48,905 nt of DNA. Origin: Halanaerobiales bacterium (lineage in GTDB: Bacteria; Bacillota; Halanaerobiia; B1SED10-174). The first letter of the stretch is position 1; each line of letters begins with the position of its first letter. The notes beneath the pieces were generated by a model. The model worked only from the letters and a program-made list of their open reading frames with translations. It did not search any database and was not told the DNA's origin. A program made the position numbers and the translations under genes. Shown here one piece after another: positions 45,788 through 48,905 of this stretch. The stretch is from contig PUNT01000198.1 of NCBI GenBank assembly GCA_003551905.1, positions 1 through 48,905 on the forward strand. Direction: 5' to 3'.

Positions 45788-46789
45788 CTAGAAATCTGCT
45801 CCCATACCAAAAAGCAAACTTGTTTTGGAAAAGCTTAGCCCCTCGATTCCTAAAGCTATGTCAACATTCATTGGGCCAATATTAACCCCCAGCCCACCTG
45901 TGTAACCGCTATCATCCCCCTCCCTATAAAATCCGCCTCGCAGATCCAGCAAGCCCCGAAAGAATCTTTTTTCTATTCCTGCCCGAAGAAATGTCCCTGG
46001 TTCATGAACAAGATTCCCTATATCCATAGAAAAACTCATATCAATCAAGGGTAAGACCAAGCCACCGCCTAATACGTACCTGGGAGGGAGCCTCTCTGTT
46101 CCCTCTTCTTCCCAGAAAACATTACTAAAAAAATCTCCAGCTTTTATTCCCAGACTTATATTGTCTGTGACCTGCAACATCAAACCTAAATCACTGCCAA
46201 CCCCCCAGGCAGTTTCCAGTTCTTCCTGGAATTGAGGATCATATTCAATTCTCTCAGCGCTAAAAATTTTAACATTTATACCAAGTGAAAGGGCTCCTAT
46301 GTTTAGAAAGGGTTCTAATAACTGATAGCTGTAAGCCAGGTTGTAAGAAGTTTTTTGTTCTATTCTGAGCCTGGCTTGATCATCATCTGGATCAAAAAAG
46401 ATTTGACCATCATGCAGAATGCCGGCACCAACTGTCTTATAACGTAGCCCAGCCATGGCACCAAAGTTTCCTGTAACTGGCCTTTCTTTATCCGCAAAAA
46501 TGCTTTCCCAATCAGGAGATCGAATCATAAAGCCCTGACCTAACTCAATTCCTGGTAGAAGAGGAACTCCCTTTATAGCTACATTTCCACCCAGACCAGC
46601 ACCTAAAAAACCAGTATGAGCAAGGCCTGCAGGATTGAAATAAAACGAAGAATAATCATCTGTAATGGCTGTATATGCTCCTCCCAGAGCATATGCCCGC
46701 CCGTGGTAAATGCTCTGGGCTTGAGAAAACTGAGAAAAAGTTAACAAGGTTAATATGAGTACTACAGCTAAAATCATTCCCCTGGGCAA
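45788..46789 (-). CDS. Outer-membrane beta-barrel (FadL/PorV/TraF-like)
   Basis: Signal peptide, plug motif GRAYALGGAYTAITDDYSSFYFNPAGLA, amphipathic beta-strands and C-terminal Phe. Confidence 0.75.
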   Translation of the reverse strand: MPRGMILAVVLILTLLTFSQFSQAQSIYHGRAYALGGAYTAITDDYSSFYFNPAGLAHTGFLGAGLGGNVAIKGVPLLPGIELGQGFMIRSPDWESIFADKERPVTGNFGAMAGLRYKTVGAGILHDGQIFFDPDDDQARLRIEQKTSYNLAYSYQLLEPFLNIGALSLGINVKIFSAERIEYDPQFQEELETAWGVGSDLGLMLQVTDNISLGIKAGDFFSNVFWEEEGTERLPPRYVLGGGLVLPLIDMSFSMDIGNLVHEPGTFLRAGIEKRFFRGLLDLRGGFYREGDDSGYTGGLGVNIGPMNVDIALGIEGLSFSKTSLLFGMGADF

Positions 46790-46824
46790 ACTTTTACCCT
46801 CCTACTATTTGTATTCATAATTTT

Positions 46825-46849
46825 ATTCAATAAGAAAAGACAAAATCCT
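46825..46849 (-). promoter_or_regulatory. SigH-like promoter (AGG-N18-GAAT)
   Basis: GCAGGATTTTGTCTTTTCTTATTGAAT upstream of the beta-barrel gene. Confidence 0.65.
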
Positions 46850-46857
46850 GCTAAAAG

Positions 46858-46892
46858 AAAAGTAGAAAGGAACTAAAACCCTTTCTACTTTT
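46858..46892 (-). terminator. Intrinsic terminator after HU
   Basis: AAAAGTAGAAAGG-N9-CCTTTCTACTTTT. Confidence 0.8.
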
Positions 46893-46924
46893 GCTTACAG
46901 TGAAATGTATGTACTTATAAGAGT

Positions 46925-47224
46925 CTATACATCTACCGCATCTTTTAAAGCTTTACCGGGTTTGAAAGTAGGGACCTTTTTACCAGGTATCTGGATTGGC
47001 TTGCCGGTTTGGGGGTTTTGCCCTTTTCTGGGTTTCCGGTCTTTGACATCAAAACTCCCAAACCCTATTAGTTGAAGTTTCTTGCGAGATTTTTCTTTCT
47101 TCTTAGCTTCACTGGCAAGAAAGTCACTAATAGTGCTAAAAACTATATTAACAACTTCTCCGGCATCTTTCTTTGTCAGTCCAGCTTTTTCTGCTACTTT
47201 TTCAATAAGGTCTGTTTTTGTCAT
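46925..47224 (-). CDS. hup: Histone-like DNA-binding protein HU, with a basic insertion
   Basis: [38 protein letters not shown] and [13 protein letters not shown]; ATG 47224 after GGAGG. Confidence 0.95.
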   Translation of the reverse strand: MTKTDLIEKVAEKAGLTKKDAGEVVNIVFSTISDFLASEAKKKEKSRKKLQLIGFGSFDVKDRKPRKGQNPQTGKPIQIPGKKVPTFKPGKALKDAVDV

Positions 47225-47268
47225 AATATCCACCTCCTCCTCTTATATGTATATCCCTTGCCTTGTTT

Positions 47269-47293
47269 ATTCGTTATTCCTGCCTAGACTCCT
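47269..47293 (-). promoter_or_regulatory. SigH-like promoter (AGG-N18-GAAT) for HU
   Basis: GCAGGAGTCTAGGCAGGAATAACGAAT. Confidence 0.68.
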
Positions 47294-47307
47294 GCATCAA
47301 AAATAAA

Positions 47308-47344
47308 AAAAATGCCCAAGATTACACAAATCTTGGGCATTTTT
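47308..47344 (-). terminator. Intrinsic terminator after spoIVA
   Basis: AAAAATGCCCAAGATT-N5-AATCTTGGGCATTTTT. Confidence 0.85.
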
Positions 47345-48823
47345 CTAGAGTATTATACATATTAACCCCCCGCTACCCTCATTTACAATTTTTTCCAGGG
47401 TCTCCTGCAGCTTTTCCTGCACATTTTCCGGTAGCCTGTTAAGTTTTCCCTTAATACCATCTCTAACCAGATCATTAAGTGACCGTCCCAAAAACCCTGA
47501 CTCCCATATGGCCCCAGGATCTCTTTCAAATTCCCCTTCCAGAAAGCCTGCCAGGTCTTCACATTGCTTTTCTGTGCCAAAGACTGGAGAAACTTCTGTA
47601 GATATATTAGCTCTGATCATGTGAATAGAAGGAGCAGATGCCCGTAATTTAACACCAAATTGATTGCCTTTTTTGAATAAAACCGGCTCTTCAAAAGTCA
47701 TATCCTCCAACCGGGGACCAACAATACCATAACCAGATTCCTGTAAATTTGTTAACGCTTGCGCAATATAGTCGTACTCCTTCTTTGCCACACTGAGTTC
47801 TCTTATCAACCTGAACAGATCATGATCACCTTTAATTTCAAATCCGCTTTCTTCTTCTAAAATTTCAAAGAATAGTTCCTCTTGAACACCAATAGAAACG
47901 GAAGCAGCCCCTTCTCCCAGCTCCATTTCATCGATATATACTTCCTGAGTATATTTGCAATCACTCAAAGCTCCAACCAGCTTCCCCATATCCCTTAGCT
48001 TATAAACATCCTTTATGGCCAGTTGAATTGTCCTGTCGTATTCCTTTTTCAACCAGTGTTCTTCCGGCAGCTCGTCAAGCCACAGAGGTAAGCGTATTCT
48101 AACTTCATTCAAGGGGAATTCATATAGAACTTCCTGCATTATTCGGTGAATATCCTGCCGTTGCAGGTTCAAACAATCAGCAATTATAATAGGAACACCA
48201 TACTCTTCTTCCAGTTTTTCTGCCAGGTCTACAGTGCTTTTAGCCTCTGGTCGGGTAGAATTCAACACAATAAGAAATGGCTTGCCAATATCTTGCAGTT
48301 CGCCTATCACCCGCTTTTCCGCTTCAACATAATTCTCCCTGGGTATTTCTGTTATTGAGCCATCAGTTATTATCACGAGGCCAATTGTAGAATGTTCATT
48401 TATAACTTTGTGTGTCCCTAGTTCGGCAGCCTCCTGAAAAGGAATGGCATGTTCATACCAGGGTGTAACCACCATCCTGGGACCTTCTTTCTCTTCGTAC
48501 CCTATGGCCCCTGGCACAGTATAACCTACACAATCAACAAGCCTAACCTTAAAAGATAATTCTTCTGCCAGGAAAATTTGAGTCCCTTTATCAGGAACAA
48601 ACTTGGGCTCAGTAGTCATAATTGTTCTTCCTGCCCCGCTTTGTGGTAGTTCATCCTGAGTTCTCTGTGCTTCGTTCACATCCTTTATATTGGGTAATAC
48701 CAGGAGTTGCATGAATTTTTTTATAAATGTGGACTTACCGGTTCTCACCGGTCCTACTACCCCAATATATATGTCCCCACCGGTTCTTTCTACAATATCA
48801 TTGTAAATATCATAAGACTCCAA
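47345..48823 (-). CDS. spoIVA: Stage IV sporulation protein A (spore coat ATPase)
   Basis: RTGGDIYIGVVGPVRTGKSTFIK, DELPQS..GRTIMTTEPKFVP and C-terminal NEGSGGLICIIL. Confidence 0.98.
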   Translation of the reverse strand: MESYDIYNDIVERTGGDIYIGVVGPVRTGKSTFIKKFMQLLVLPNIKDVNEAQRTQDELPQSGAGRTIMTTEPKFVPDKGTQIFLAEELSFKVRLVDCVGYTVPGAIGYEEKEGPRMVVTPWYEHAIPFQEAAELGTHKVINEHSTIGLVIITDGSITEIPRENYVEAEKRVIGELQDIGKPFLIVLNSTRPEAKSTVDLAEKLEEEYGVPIIIADCLNLQRQDIHRIMQEVLYEFPLNEVRIRLPLWLDELPEEHWLKKEYDRTIQLAIKDVYKLRDMGKLVGALSDCKYTQEVYIDEMELGEGAASVSIGVQEELFFEILEEESGFEIKGDHDLFRLIRELSVAKKEYDYIAQALTNLQESGYGIVGPRLEDMTFEEPVLFKKGNQFGVKLRASAPSIHMIRANISTEVSPVFGTEKQCEDLAGFLEGEFERDPGAIWESGFLGRSLNDLVRDGIKGKLNRLPENVQEKLQETLEKIVNEGSGGLICIIL

Positions 48824-48870
48824 CGCAAAACCCCCTCCCCATTTTACTGTCGGCCATGCTTATCAATATA

Positions 48871-48898
48871 TATATATGAGGAGGGCACACAATTATGC
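48871..48898 (-). promoter_or_regulatory. Probable SigE-type promoter of spoIVA
   Basis: Minus strand GCATAAT-N13-CATATATA, near the SigE consensus; spoIVA is SigE-dependent in model spore formers. Confidence 0.5.
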
Positions 48899-48905
48899 AA
48901 CCTGC

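Noticed and set aside
1-48905. CRISPR arrays, tRNA/rRNA genes, IS elements
   Set aside because: No spaced direct repeats, cloverleaf or rRNA signatures, or transposase ORFs were seen; intergenic gaps are all under about 400 nt and are explained by promoters, terminators and riboswitches.

Overview
Gene-dense chromosomal core region of an anaerobic, endospore-forming Bacillota (spoIVA, SleB/CwlJ-type hydrolase, SpoIID-domain protein). It also encodes an outer-membrane beta-barrel, so it is probably a diderm lineage such as Halanaerobiales/Limnochordia-like (inference). Most genes lie on the minus strand, and I see no CRISPR array, tRNA/rRNA or mobile element. Contents: an AOS-family PLP enzyme plus Zn-dehydrogenase; a superoxide reductase/DPS-like pair; PolX; four M42 peptidases; LysM/M23 and TPR-SpoIID wall enzymes; a glycine-riboswitch-led gcvT-H-PA-PB operon continuing into LipS1/LipS2-type radical SAM lipoyl synthases, a LipM-like transferase and lpdA; nth; a UPF0182-ymfF-ymfH-selU-lonC run; mtaD; degV; HU; spoIVA. 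The most striking signal is non-coding, at 41331-41597 (+). A near-consensus sigma-A promoter drives a canonical c-di-GMP-I riboswitch with a terminator/antiterminator. It is followed by no ORF, only about 55 nt holding two anti-Shine-Dalgarno-like pyrimidine tracts and then a second intrinsic terminator. This is a candidate c-di-GMP-gated small regulatory RNA. Also notable: eight exact, correctly oriented AGG-N18-GAAT (SigH-like) promoters, a Zn-ribbon/catalytically dead RadC-JAB protein, and an orphan 518-aa protein with a degenerate methyltransferase-like segment. All family assignments come from motif recognition by eye; no database search was run.
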